From Phallusia mammillata (taxonomy: Eukaryota), in assembly GCA_965637545.1 (NCBI GenBank), contig OZ281494.1, positions 1,674,001-1,738,000 of the forward strand: a stretch of 64,000 nucleotides of DNA. The letters run 5' to 3'. The notes beneath the pieces are model-generated. The model was not told the origin of the DNA, searched no databases, and saw only the letters and a list, made by a program, of their open reading frames with translations. Each line of letters opens with the position of its first letter. Positions within the stretch are counted from its first letter, which is position 1. Made by a program: the position numbers and the translations under genes. Below are positions 50,561-63,080 of the stretch, one piece after another.

Positions 50561-51189
50561 CGATAATCAGAAAAAAATAATAGAATTCTTATGTGACAGT
50601 CAGCCTCACCCACACTGTAGAAGCGAGGCGCATCCGGGAGATTATGATCACTGTAGAAGTTCAGGCCTTATCTTGAACCAACATACCCCGGCATAATGCT
50701 TTATAGGATGGTCACGTTTCATCGTTGCAATAACAGCACAATACGCTTTGGGATTCTGATGAGTTTAGCATGGTCGAACTAATGTACTTTGCTACCATCT
50801 CTCTCACTGCTACCAATCTTCGGTGGAGTACTTTGCTCGAGTCTGATGGCGCACTACTAAGTGACGCTCTGCATTGAGTGTCTGGATTTCCCATACCAAC
50901 GATCTGTTTCAGTAGGCATGCTGTGAATCCTGCTTCGCCCAAAAGCTGATCTTTTTCTAAGGTTGCCTACACAAAGGTCCGAATACTTACTTCAATATGG
51001 GATTCTGTCTTAGCGCTACGCAGAATAGCGGCAACTCATATTTGAAAACATATTAAAGAATTTAAATAAGTTGAGCAACGTAACTATTTGGGCAGGTCAC
51101 AATTGAAAGATGGAGTTAAGAGGAAGTGCACTATCCTACTACATTGGTTTATTAGTTGCTTTAAGTCTTCACTAACGGAAATGCACTTT

Positions 51190-51380
51190 TTCGCACCTGC
51201 CCGAGTCAATCTCAATCGCCTTCGAATCGGCGTTTGTATTTTCCGCTCCACAAAGTGCAGATGGATGTGGTGTAGAACAGAGGACCACATGATAACATCC
51301 TGCCCCAGTAAACACCAATCAAATGGATCTCGGAATCTGGCAGCAAAACAACGGAGGTTTGCTCACCGTGTTGCCTGACA
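51190..51380 (+). mobile_element. Degenerate 3' fragment of a non-LTR retrotransposon ORF
   Basis: VNLNRLRIGVCIF...EDHMITSCP resembles the LNRLRTG...H-x4-CP C-terminal Zn-knuckle region of LINE ORF2 proteins (recalled pattern, not searched). Confidence 0.45.
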
Positions 51381-52955
51381 TATGTCCAGCCGGTAACGGG
51401 TCAAGCCTATTAGATTTCTTAAGTTTTGTCACGAAACAGAGTCCGTCCAGTTTTAACACAGGCGTTTATTACATACTGATGTTTTAACGAGACAAGTAAC
51501 ACTCGAAAATTGTTAGCTTTTAAGTAATGTTGCCAACCATATTTTAAAAGAAGTAGTTAAACAATTCAGGAAACAGTCAAGGATCGAGTAACATCTGACA
51601 TGTTCAGACTTGCTTTTGCGATTGTTTATTAAATGCTCATAAACAACGATTGATATACCAAACTTCATTACACCTGAACACACAATTGAGCAGTCAGCAC
51701 TTTTTTTTATCGGAAACCATGAACGCACAGCACATAAAGGGCTATTAAGTCGTAAAGTAGAAGAAACACTATATTTTTAGCTTCAATAAAGATTTAACAC
51801 TCACCAACACAATGCTTGCGCTAGATCACACCTAATTAAACGAGTCGGTAAACAGTGAAAGTCAATGTGAAAATCGTTAAAGATCAAACCACTTTCGTTT
51901 CTTAAGGTGAAACAGTTCGGTGTTTAAGGTCGCAATAGCTTCGCTTAATCTTTCCTAATTGTATAATTTGCTCTTTTCTGGCAGTATACTAAGTACTGAT
52001 GTAATGGTAAATTAAAATATGCACTGTTAACTTGGATACAAAGCGTTTTACTGTAAGATAAATGTGACACCAGATGTGTCAAAAAAACATTTTTTCACCC
52101 AGAATGTTTAATGCGATTCAGAGGCCTAATTTGAAGTTAATAACAATTTCCAGTTTTGTCATAGAGTTGCCATATGAGAATATTGTTGAGATGTTGAAGC
52201 TTTCTTAGCCTCTTCTGTGAAATATCACTTAATTAACCAGCCTTGAAGTAGTTTATCTTCGACAGAAAGTTTGTCACAGCGGTAATCACTTTGTTGAAGT
52301 TAGACAACGTAGAAGTTATACGATGATGATGCACGGATTTATGATACTTGTGTTCATGTTGCTTGTTCAATTACCATCAGCTCAACCAAATAGTAAGTTG
52401 TACTTTTCCCTAATACAGTGTCATGAATCTTTTTTCCTAGCCGTTCGGATAACTTAAAAAACGTGCGAGGACCCAGAGTTGTAAAGGAGCCTGAAAATCC
52501 GGTCCGAAACCGAGTCGTTTCGGAAAAGCACGGCCCGAAAGTTTGATTGACAGGCCTATACAATCAAGCCTCATGAAAGATCAAAACAACATACACAATA
52601 AACTATCATAGACAATTGGTCACGACGCAACTAGCTACTTAGCTAGTTAAATTTACACAAAATAATGATGGCACAGAGGGTAAAGTCAGGCCCGTATGTT
52701 AGGGAAAGACAAAAAAAAAACAAATTACAACGATCTGCAGGAAAAAAACTCACGTTTATAACATATAGCAATTAACACGTTTATAGCATATAGAAATTAA
52801 CTTTGCAACCATTGATGTCTAATACACTTTAACAACATTTATCGGAACAATTCAAACACTGTTGGGGCGATTAAAATGACGATGAGTGGGGCTGCAGTTT
52901 TTGACCGCGAACCTTTATAAGTCACACAAATACAATGCTATAAACTTGTTTTCAG

Positions 52956-55900
52956 GCTGCAACAAGACCATGCAAGCAGTAAACAACAATATATTGATAT
53001 TACCTGACGATCTTTTTGATGCAAACACTGCACAGAAGAAATGTTTTTTGCTTGGTGGAAATCTTGCAATGACTGATGACCCACAGATCAATACAACTCT
53101 CACTCAACTCATGACAGACAAATACACAACAGGTGTGAGTTGATGCAAGAGAATAACCTCAGCAACATTTACTATCCACATGTTACAACATCAATTTTGA
53201 AATCATGAAATATATTGTAGATCAGTGTTGGAAACGTGATCGTCAGTTTTTGTAGTCAACGTGGACGTTTCTGAAAAAATAATCTCATCTAAATAATGTA
53301 ATCATGAATTGTTTTAGATTTACAGCGAATCTATATCTTGTACCAAAGGAATAAAATTGATCACTACAAATACTCATATAATACGACTGAAGTGGGTTGG
53401 AAAAGCACAAAATCTCTCGGACATCTGTGGTATTTTGACTGATATAAGCGGTAACAGCTTTTAACTGATTCAAATTCGTAACCATGAAACAGTCGTTTTG
53501 TCCAACAGCAATCCTGAAAACATGGGTCAACCAATTTACTTCTGCAATTATGTAACAGGCACGAATTCGGAGAGGTGGTTTGTAACCATCGGAAGCTATT
53601 GTGGAGGTCCAGGTTTAGGCTCTACGTTTCTTAGTAACATTTTTAAGTTTAAACAAGCACACAAATTACAGAAACATTCAGGTCTATAAAAGCACCGAAA
53701 CAACATAATAAACCATAAATTTCCACACGACAGATATCATCTGTTTAATTAAATCATGTATATTTTAATTTTTTTCGTTGTTCATCATTCAGTTTTTACT
53801 TATACGTGTTATAATTTTCCTTAATTATAATTTTTATTAGCTAAGTTAAAAACAAATATTTTTACAAAGGATCAGGATGGAAATTTCGGTATTCCTTGTT
53901 TTCGGAAAACAACACAAGCAAACGTCAGAAACAAATGTTTAACTATAGAAGCGGAGGAATGATAGACATTACAAGCAAGTTGCGAGGTGTCAATGAATCG
54001 TTTGATAGATTCGATGTATATGAAGGATCGTTCCTGGCACCAGGTGAGTGTTTGGTCTTACAAACAACAAACGACAAGGTTGCATCAATAGTGTTTGCAG
54101 CTGTGTTTTAGATAATAACGTTTTCATTGGAGCTCGTTACAACACTTCGTTGCATGGTTGGTATTGGAGCGACGGATCTCAAGCAAACTTTCCCGTTTCC
54201 AACGTTACAACTTGCCAACAGGGAGCGTTGCATTATGGGATCGAATGGGAGCAGTCAAGCATGAACTGCAGTGGTGAAGTGGCTTACTACGCTTGCCAAG
54301 TACGATGTGAGTAATTAAATTTACAATACTTTTTTCCCTATTGGACTCTTACCCATATAATTTATTTTTTGTCAATGCTACTGTGGAGAAAATCATATGC
54401 AATGCTTCAACTGTGGTGGTCAGTTGGACTGGACTAGATCAGATCATCGAAGTCAATAATCTATTAGCAGAGGTAACACATAATTATACCACCAAGCCGA
54501 GCGTTTGGTGTTCTGCGGCGAAGTTTCCAACATTAAGATGCTTCGGCAATTGCGGTTGCTAAAAATCTTTCCTAGAAAGTTAGGTGCATGACCCTGCAAT
54601 AAACACATAGTTAGCGCTGTGAGCACTGGAGGGTGTTTCGCCTGTCTCGGTATTGGCTTTATTGATAGCAAAGCAGCATGGTGGCAGGAACTTGGCCGAA
54701 TGGCCTGGCGCGCCTGACCCATATACAGATATATAAAAAAATCCTGACCTGAATTCGTCCCCGGGAGTGTCCTGAGTTCGAACCCCGTGAAGTTGAAAAA
54801 AAAATGCAAAGCAGCATGGTGGTTTAATTTCATATTTGTCGCTTCAGTACCGAGTAAATCTATTAAATTGAGACTAAAGTCCAGCATGCAAGTTCTGCGG
54901 AAAAGGTTTGGCACAAGATGCTTCGACAATATGTGACATGTGAAGTGGCTACACCAATAGTTTTAATACCTTTTTAGGGTAGTTTTTGACAAATGTCGTT
55001 TTTAGGTTGAAATTTATGTTTCGAAACTGAACGAAAGAATCTTGGCACCATATTTAGATCTGTCGACAACGATTGGAAACTTAAATTTCGCAACAGAATA
55101 TAGTTTTGAGGTAACGTGTGTTTTATTGACAATAACGTTTTTTTATTTGCAATTGGTCAAGTTTGATTTAGTTGTCACATCGATGGCTGATTAAGTGTTG
55201 TTTTTGAGCTGCAACGTACTATTGTAATTTACTAAAAGATGGGAATATAACTGATACGAAAATAGTTTTAAAATGATTTGATCAAATTAGGTTTGGAAAA
55301 CATAAAACACTTGCATGGGAAGTCGATTAATTTTATCACACAAAATTCACCAACAGATCACTACAATGCTTACCGGATGCCTAAACGCTAACGTCTCAAC
55401 ATCCAAATCAGTGACAACTTTTGGAAATCCCCCATCGAGTTGCTATCCTCCACGTAAGCGAACAAGCTAGAAGTGGAATTTGAATTTAAATTCTTAACAA
55501 CTATTATTGCAGTAAATGCGACTGCAGAGACATTTCCATGCACGCTTCATCGGTGCTTGTCAGTTGGACTGGACTTGATCAATTCATCTACGAAAATGAT
55601 CCAATTGCACAGGTTTAAATCAAGTTTGCGTTAGTTAAACGACCATTCATAACGAAACTTCATGCAGGTCGAGATGAAAATTGAAGGTTTAAACGAAACA
55701 ATCTCTGTTCTGTATTTTGACGATTCCATTATATTAGAAGATCTTATTCACTCGACGTTCTATGAAATTCGGGTAAACAAATATTTTTTCGTGAGGTAAT
55801 TGTTCAAGAATAACATGCGGGGCACTGTGTGAATAAAAATCTACACTTTTTAAACATGACATTTTTTTACTTAAATTCTGTTTTTTAGGTCACAGCAATT

Positions 55901-57091
55901 GTCACTGGTTCAATCAACACAAACATCACATCCAATTTGACAGTAACAACTCCGGGTAACCCCCCTCAAAGCTGCTATCCAAAAGGTAAAAAGATATATT
56001 TTTGTTTTTCAGAACAGGCATTGTGGAAAACGATAGCAATAATAATTGTGAGAACTAGACTAAAATGTTTTATCAACCATGCACTAACATTAGACTTTCA
56101 TATTTTTGTAACGGCCTGTGAGCGCCCCTCGGTACTAAGCGCAGAACGTCACAAGAGGGGGCATTAAAACGTTTCTCCTAAAGGCTTTAAACAAACTCTA
56201 CTGTTGCAAATCTTGTTTGAGCGAGCAGGTTAAAATGTCCAAAAGGAGACGGTTTCGACATAAAAGCGCAAGAACACTGCATGAACGAATGCAACTCAGT
56301 CACCCTGACTAACTTAACTTCACGTGCATGGCAAATATTGCATAAGCGAACTTAGCGGCATGGCATATAGGGTCAACTTAGGAGACACGACCGATACAAC
56401 CGACGTAGCACCTCGCTACACGGAAGTCAGGAACAAAAAGAACTTAACCAAGATGCGTTGTTATTGTTACGTCAACGCAAAAGACATGTAATCAGAAAAA
56501 ACGGGAATTAATTAAAATCACTAATTACTGGCAAATAAGATGTAACATTTTTATGCTAGTAAACACTACTACAGAGACATTTCCATGCAACGTTTCACTG
56601 GTGCTTGTCAGTTGGACTGGACTTATTCAATTCATTAACGACAACAATCTGAGGGCGCAGGTTGAGATTCAAGTTAATGGTTTGAGTCAAACAATCTCTG
56701 TTCCTTATTTAGAAAATTCTGCGATAATAGAAGATCTTATTCACTCAACATTCTATAAAATTCAGGTGAAAAGTGTTTTGTTTTTCGTCGCAGTTAAAAT
56801 CTGTTGCACGACATGCTCTGTTTTGCGCCGTGATTTCCATCAGCAAACAACGTCACAAATTGATGTATTTTAGGTCACAGTCATATTTTGTATATTCCAG
56901 GTCACAGTGATAGTCACTGGTTCAATCAACACAAACATCACATCCAATCTCACAGTAACAACTCCGGGTAATCCCCCTACAAGATGTTTTCGTACAATTA
57001 ATGTTGGAATGATTGCAGGTCTGGTGATCGGGCTGTTGCTTCTGGTGCTTGTCATTGGTTGGCTGGTGGATATGTTTACACGAAGACAGAG
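52956..57091 (+). pseudogene. Decayed paralog of the receptor PTP ectodomain: CTL module + 3 FN3-like repeats + TM, no phosphatase domains
   Basis: Exons A-E at 52956-53132, 53318-53449, 53509-53612, 53876-54043, 54112-54306; FN3-like exons to 56990; TM at about 57000-57070. Lesions: 1-nt deletion and TGA in exon B, TG instead of AG acceptor at 54370-54371, 1-nt deletion near 55542. Confidence 0.85.
54685..54805 (+). mobile_element. tRNA-derived SINE in an intron
   Basis: A-box TGGCCGAATGG, B-box GAGTTCGAACC, A-rich tail, 17-bp TSD GCAAAGCAGCATGGTGG (54668-54684 and 54806-54822). Confidence 0.85.
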
Positions 57092-57955
57092 GTACAAAGT
57101 TTACAAATACAAAGTTTTACTGTTGTAATAAAATTATATTTTGGAAGTCTGGTTTTTAGTTGATAAGGCTTAATTGTAAACAGACCTGAAAAGTAATGCA
57201 GTGTATTAATACGTTACATGCAGCAATGCAGAAAACACATTTTGAGCAGCATTTGTGATATTTTTCAGGAAAAATCTGAATAAGCGAACTCAAAAGCAAA
57301 CAACACAAGCCCAGCTTCCACATAAAGGGTCTGAATGTAGGGAAATTTTCTCCGAGTAAAAATGTAGTGTATAAATCGAAGACGAATACGAAACAGTTAT
57401 AAAGTTAGAACAGACGGATCCAAACCCCACATATGAAATAATTATGTAATTTTGTTACTTCAAACTCGGTTTGACACCATTGTCATTTGACTTTTTATGC
57501 TGTCTGTCTTGTTTAGTTCACATCCTTCGTTTGTTTCCTTTCAACTGAATTTTTGGAAACGTTCGAACCGCAAACATTATTCGTATCTTTTGCATGAAAA
57601 CACTTTCAGATATTGACCCTGCTACGTCGTCTTTCATGTTGTGAAGCTGATAATGCGTGCCTTGGAGATCGTGAAGATGCTCGCTGATTGTTTGCAAAAA
57701 AAATCAATAAACAACACAAAAGAGCGAGACCACTTTAAAGACAAGATTTATTGCAACCGAACAGCAACAAAACAATGTTTCTAGAGTGAAACATCTTTAA
57801 ACAAAACTAAGATCTTGTAAAAAAAACATACGATTCACCAACTGCTATTGTCTACATGATTTTGCGTTTGGATTCAGATTAAGCTAGTTGCTGAGTACCC
57901 GGACTTTATATCATCAGACTGTTTTGGGAAACAAGTTTTAAAAGTTAGACTAGAC

Positions 57956-58777
57956 CAGGGGCGTCCAACCCGTGGCCCGCGGGCAACATGTGGCCCGCAG
58001 GAAGGTTCTGAGTGGCCCGCGTGGTATTTTTTGAAATGACAACTTAATCGCCTACGTAATTTATTGCAAACTTTCATTCCGAAAAATTGACATTTTAATT
58101 GTTGTTTGCCTTATTTCTTTGTTAATAGAGTAGTATTAAACAACTGTTCAAGTTACTTTTGTTGCGTCACAATGCACATTGTTACGCATCACAATTTGTA
58201 CATTGTTCCGTCACAATCCGACTTGTGCTTAAAGAGTCAGTCAGTAGCCTAATGTTTCTTGGTTCATTGAAATAGCCTACATCTGGTATCAGAGACTCGC
58301 GCAAAACGCATTTAGCAGTAAAACATCTTCCGCTCTCTGCAGTGATATAAATTATGCCAAACAGGAAATAAAAAGCAAGTAACGCCAACAGAACTTTCCA
58401 AGAAAGGTTGACAAGTGATCCCCTGTAAGATCAGTAATTTCAGTCATATGGAAAAATCGCTCTGCATTTCTCCATCGTCCATCTCACCGAGTATTGCCAA
58501 ATTTGTCAGAGAAAAACAGTGCCAAACTTCACACTGAAATGTCGACGTGTGGGAAAAACTTTGTTGACTTTACTATATCTTGGTGTTTTTATTGTTCTTA
58601 TAACTGTAAACGAGGATAATTCACATTTCTAAGGTTAGAATTTCCGTGGAGGATTTTAATAAGAAATTATAAGACAGCTATTTCTAAGATTCCAAATTGG
58701 CAGTAACACTCAAGTGGCCCGCGCAATCATTCGTAAACAGCGTGTGGCCCTTTGACCAAAAAGGTTGGACACCCCTG
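57956..58777. mobile_element. Complete non-autonomous hAT MITE (822 bp)
   Basis: TIR CAGGGGCGTCCAACC / GGTTGGACACCCCTG (1 mismatch), 8-bp TSD GACTAGAC on both sides. Confidence 0.93.
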
Positions 58778-59111
58778 GACTAGACAAAACGTAAGAGCTA
58801 CTGAAACAACTGAAGCAAGCGAGATATTGTAACAAGTTTGTTCGTGTAACCTAGATCAGATAAAACAACAATCTTTTAACCATAAATTTGAGTTTACAAA
58901 TTGCGAATTTAAACGCTTACTTAGTTTGTTGCTTCACACATTGCACTAAATGTTTAAATGAATACCCTACATACGTTGCTTGATTGAAATTCTAATATCC
59001 GTTATAAATTAAGAATTCGGTTGTAACAATTGTTTGTCCGTCGATGCCAAGTGCTAGTTTGTTTTCGTTGCTGCTTGTTTTGTTTTGGTATTTCCATAAT
59101 GCAAGATTTAG

Positions 59112-59215
59112 TTTTTTTTTTTCACAAGATTCGAACCCAGGACACTCCCGAATCCCGATGTGTTTTTTATCACTGTACATGGGCCAGGCGCGCCCGGCCA
59201 TTCGGCCAAGTTTGT
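59112..59215 (-). mobile_element. Second copy of the tRNA-derived SINE family
   Basis: The minus strand reads CTTGGCCGAATGGCCGGGCGCGCCTGGCCCAT...GGGAGTGTCCTGGGTTCGAATC followed by poly-A; homologous to 54685-54805. Confidence 0.8.
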
Positions 59216-60144
59216 TTACAATAAAATACAGACAGATTTAAAATGCGCAGATTGAGGATGGTAAAAAACTGAAGGTGTAGGGCCTGTTGCAACGAAAGCG
59301 GAACTGTGTTGAACATTGCGTTTAAATTTGTAGTTTTATGAATTTTTCATCACAGTAAAAAATCCTGCTCCAGGCGAAGTAGAATTTTCATGCTGTGATG
59401 CGTTACAAATTTTAAGCTGCCAAAAATGTAAAACATACCAATGCATTATTTTACGTCGTAGTAAAACAAATCGGTAAACAGTTAAGGATAAAGTAACATC
59501 TGAAGTGTTTCGAATTTTCGATTGCTCATTGAATGCTCATGAATAACGGTTAAAATCCAAACATCATTACACCTGAAGGTAACTTACATTTGAGCATTCA
59601 GCACTCTTTCAGACGAAAACATAAACGCACAGCACATAATGAACTATTAACTCGTAAAGTACAAGAAATACGTAGATCAATACACATAATTAAACGAGTC
59701 GGTAAACAGTCAACGTCAATGTGATTATCGTTAAAGATCCAACCACTTTCGTTTTTACAGGTGCAACAGTTCGGTGTTTCATGTCACAAAGGCTTCGCAG
59801 AATCTTTCCCAATGGTATCTTTTGGAAATGTAATGGTGAAATGAAATATGTAAAATTATTTTGTGTTTTGAATTGCTTTAGCGTTGTGATGGTAGTAAAC
59901 ATTTCAAGCAGCCGTTTGATTTGACAAACACCAGATGTATCAAAAAACAAGAAAGGCTAAATAACTTTCGTTTTACTTGAATCTGTGGGCCGTTCTAGAG
60001 TTAATCGTAATTTTCAACTCAGTGTTGCCATGTGAGAATAAAGTGGAAATGCTGCAGCTTCATTTGTTGTTTCAGTGACTAAAAGCACTTATTAAACTAG
60101 CCTTGGGGTAGTTTTATTTCGACAGGAGGTTCAAGAATCAAGAA

Positions 60145-60746
60145 CTTGTATACTTGTGTACTTGTGTACTAGTGTACTAGTGTACTCGTGTACTCGTGTA
60201 CTCGTGTACTCGTGTACTCGTGTACTCGTGTACTCGTGTACTCGTGTACTCGTGTACTCGTGTACTCGTGTACTCGTGTACTCGTGTACTCGTGTACTCG
60301 TGTACTCGTGTACTCGTGTACTCGTGTACTCGTGTACTCGTGTACTCGTGTACTCGTGTACTCGTGTACTCGTGTACTCGTGTACTCGTGTACTCGTGTA
60401 CTCGTGTACTCGTGTACTCGTGTACTCGTGTACTCGTGTACTCGTGTACTCGTGTACTCGTGTACTCGTGTACTCGTGTACTCGTGTACTCGTGTACTCG
60501 TGTACTCGTGTACTCGTGTACTCGTGTACTCGTGTACTCGTGTACTCGTGTACTCGTGTACTCGTGTACTCGTGTACTCGTGTACTCGTGTACTCGTGTA
60601 CTCGTGTACTCGTGTACTCGTGTACTCGTGTACTCGTGTACTCGTGTACTCGTGTACTCGTGTACTCGTGTACTCGTGTACTCGTGTACTCGTGTACTCG
60701 TGTACTCGTGTACTCGTGTACTCGTGTACTCGTGTACTCGTGTACT
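60145..60746 (+). repeat. 8-bp microsatellite (CTCGTGTA)n, about 70 perfect units plus 5 variant units
   Basis: Perfect array 60185-60744, preceded by CTTGTATA, CTTGTGTA x2, CTAGTGTA x2. Confidence 0.97.
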
Positions 60747-63080
60747 TTAAAATACTATTCGAGGCGGGTGAAATGACGGCACAAGCCATAGTTTGGTACC
60801 CGTACCATGATGAAACACAAAAATACAAAATCCCCAATTTTTTGGTCAGGTTGTAACCCAACACAGTTTATAAAATATTTAGAATCAACCGTTATACAGG
60901 GTATTTTCACAAAATATATATTCACAAAATGTTTTTGGCGTCTTCAGTTCTTGTGAGCGAATACAGCACTGTAATAAAAAAGCAATTAAATAGTTAAACA
61001 GTAAAACAATAAAATAGTTACACAATAAACAGTAAACAACACTAACCATTGTAACTTACGCTATAAGCATAATTATTCAACGCCTTTGGAAACAAAAACC
61101 TGACGTGATCACCTGGACTTGCACGTACATGTGTTCGTTTTTATTTTTATTTTCGTACATGTGAGTTTTTTTTTTGGAACGAATAATATACGCAATCGAA
61201 AGTTCATCAGAACCGATTCTATTTGACAATTCAGAACTGAAGTGATGAGATTGATCGGACAAGTTTCGCTAATGATATTTTTTACTTACATGGGTAAACA
61301 GAATCTAAGTATCAAATTGAATAAAAAACACGCAGGATGAAATCTAAATAAGTCAAACGTCTGTAAGAGAGCGAAAACATTTTTAAGCTCTCAATAACAA
61401 GTGTGTTGATATTATTTGACGATGTTGTTTATGCAAGCACATACCTCAATAGTTGCTGCAAATACACGTTACCGATCCTACTGTTGCCTATGGCGTCACT
61501 TACATAACTTCCAATTTTGCGATGTCACTCCCGGGTCCTAAAACATGATGAACGATTGATTGTGTTGTTTATAGTAATAATTTTAGTTTTATTGTACACC
61601 CATCCACAGCGACAATCATTTTAGGAAGTTAGTTATTACAATCGCTTCAATCAAACGCACTGCACTCTCCATATTGAGAAACCGACTTGACGCTTCGCAT
61701 GTTGTGTTTGAATGCCTGCAACAAAGGACACTCTGTATGTTTTAGCAGGAGCTTTGAGAAACAACTGTTCTGTTTTTTGCCGTTACTGCTCAAAATTCTG
61801 GACACCTACTCCAGGACGGGTGTCTTGGGGCAGTTCTGTCTTTTGGTTGCATTGGGCAGCAATGGAGTTACGAGTAAGTAACTGACTTGTTGATTAGTTG
61901 CGTTTGCCCTTAATTCAACGGAAATGCAGTTTTACAAACCAACCTGGGTCAAGCCTAATCTCTCAATCTCTTGAACGGTCGTTAGTACGTTTCACTCAAC
62001 AACGCACAGATAGTTGCTTTTTTTGCAGCGAAGCAGACCGCATTATTACATACTGACCCACAAACAAATGGCTATCGAATTTTTGCAGCTATTGTCGGAA
62101 GTTTGCTGTCAAATTTTGTCTAGCAAATGCCCATTCGTTTAAACGCCAAAAACGAAACCGACATGTGCCCTAAATTGTAACACAAAGCATAGATCCTCCA
62201 CATTTATTACTTTTAACTAGAAAAGTGATGTGCGAAATTTAAGTTACAAAATTGGGCGAAGAGTGAAGGATAAAGTAAGAATGATGTACTTCGAAATCTT
62301 TATGAATAACAGTTAAAAGTCAAACTTTAATACACCTAAACACACAATTTCGCAGTCAGCAAATTTATGAGCTGTTAACTCGTACAGTGAAAGTAACACT
62401 GAATTTTCAGCCTTAGCAAATATTTACCGCTCACCAATATAATGTTTGCGGTAGGTCAATACACACAGTTGAATGAGTCGGTAAATAGTCAACGCAAATG
62501 TGAGAATCGGGAAACACCAAACCACTTTCGTTTTCGTAGGTACTGTGATTTCGTGTTTTAATGTCACAAACGCTTTGAAAGCTTTAAATCTTGCTATTTT
62601 GCATGTGCTGTTCTTTCTTCCGTCTGTATTGCTCAAACATTTAACGAATTGAAGTTTGTAAAATCAAATGTACACGATTGGCTTGAGTCGGGATTTACTT
62701 GTATTACTGTCAGATAGATTTTGTAAAAAAAAAGCAGGCGCTGGGATAAAAGTAAACTATTTCAAGTAGTCGTAAGATTTATCAAATGCCAAATTAGTCA
62801 AGAATCGTAAAAGGAGAAATAAATCGTTTTATTTTGCTAGGATTATAGGCGAGTAGGTTGTTTTAGAAGTAATAAGAATTTTCAGCTGAGGATTTCAGTT
62901 GCCAGATAAGAAATATATTGTAATGTAGAAGTTGCATTTGTCTATTCTGTGTCAGATATTACTAACTCAAACCCGTTTTGTGATGATAACATTTCTTGTA
63001 GCAGGTTGTTTGGAAAAATAAAATATCTTTCAAGGTCAATTGTTATTACTAAAGTAATAACCAAATTGTATTTTTGGATA

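Noticed and set aside
60156-60864. Long ORFs of 184-231 aa (YSCTRVLV / HEYTSTRV repeats)
   Set aside because: They are translations of the 8-bp microsatellite, which lacks stop codons in several frames.
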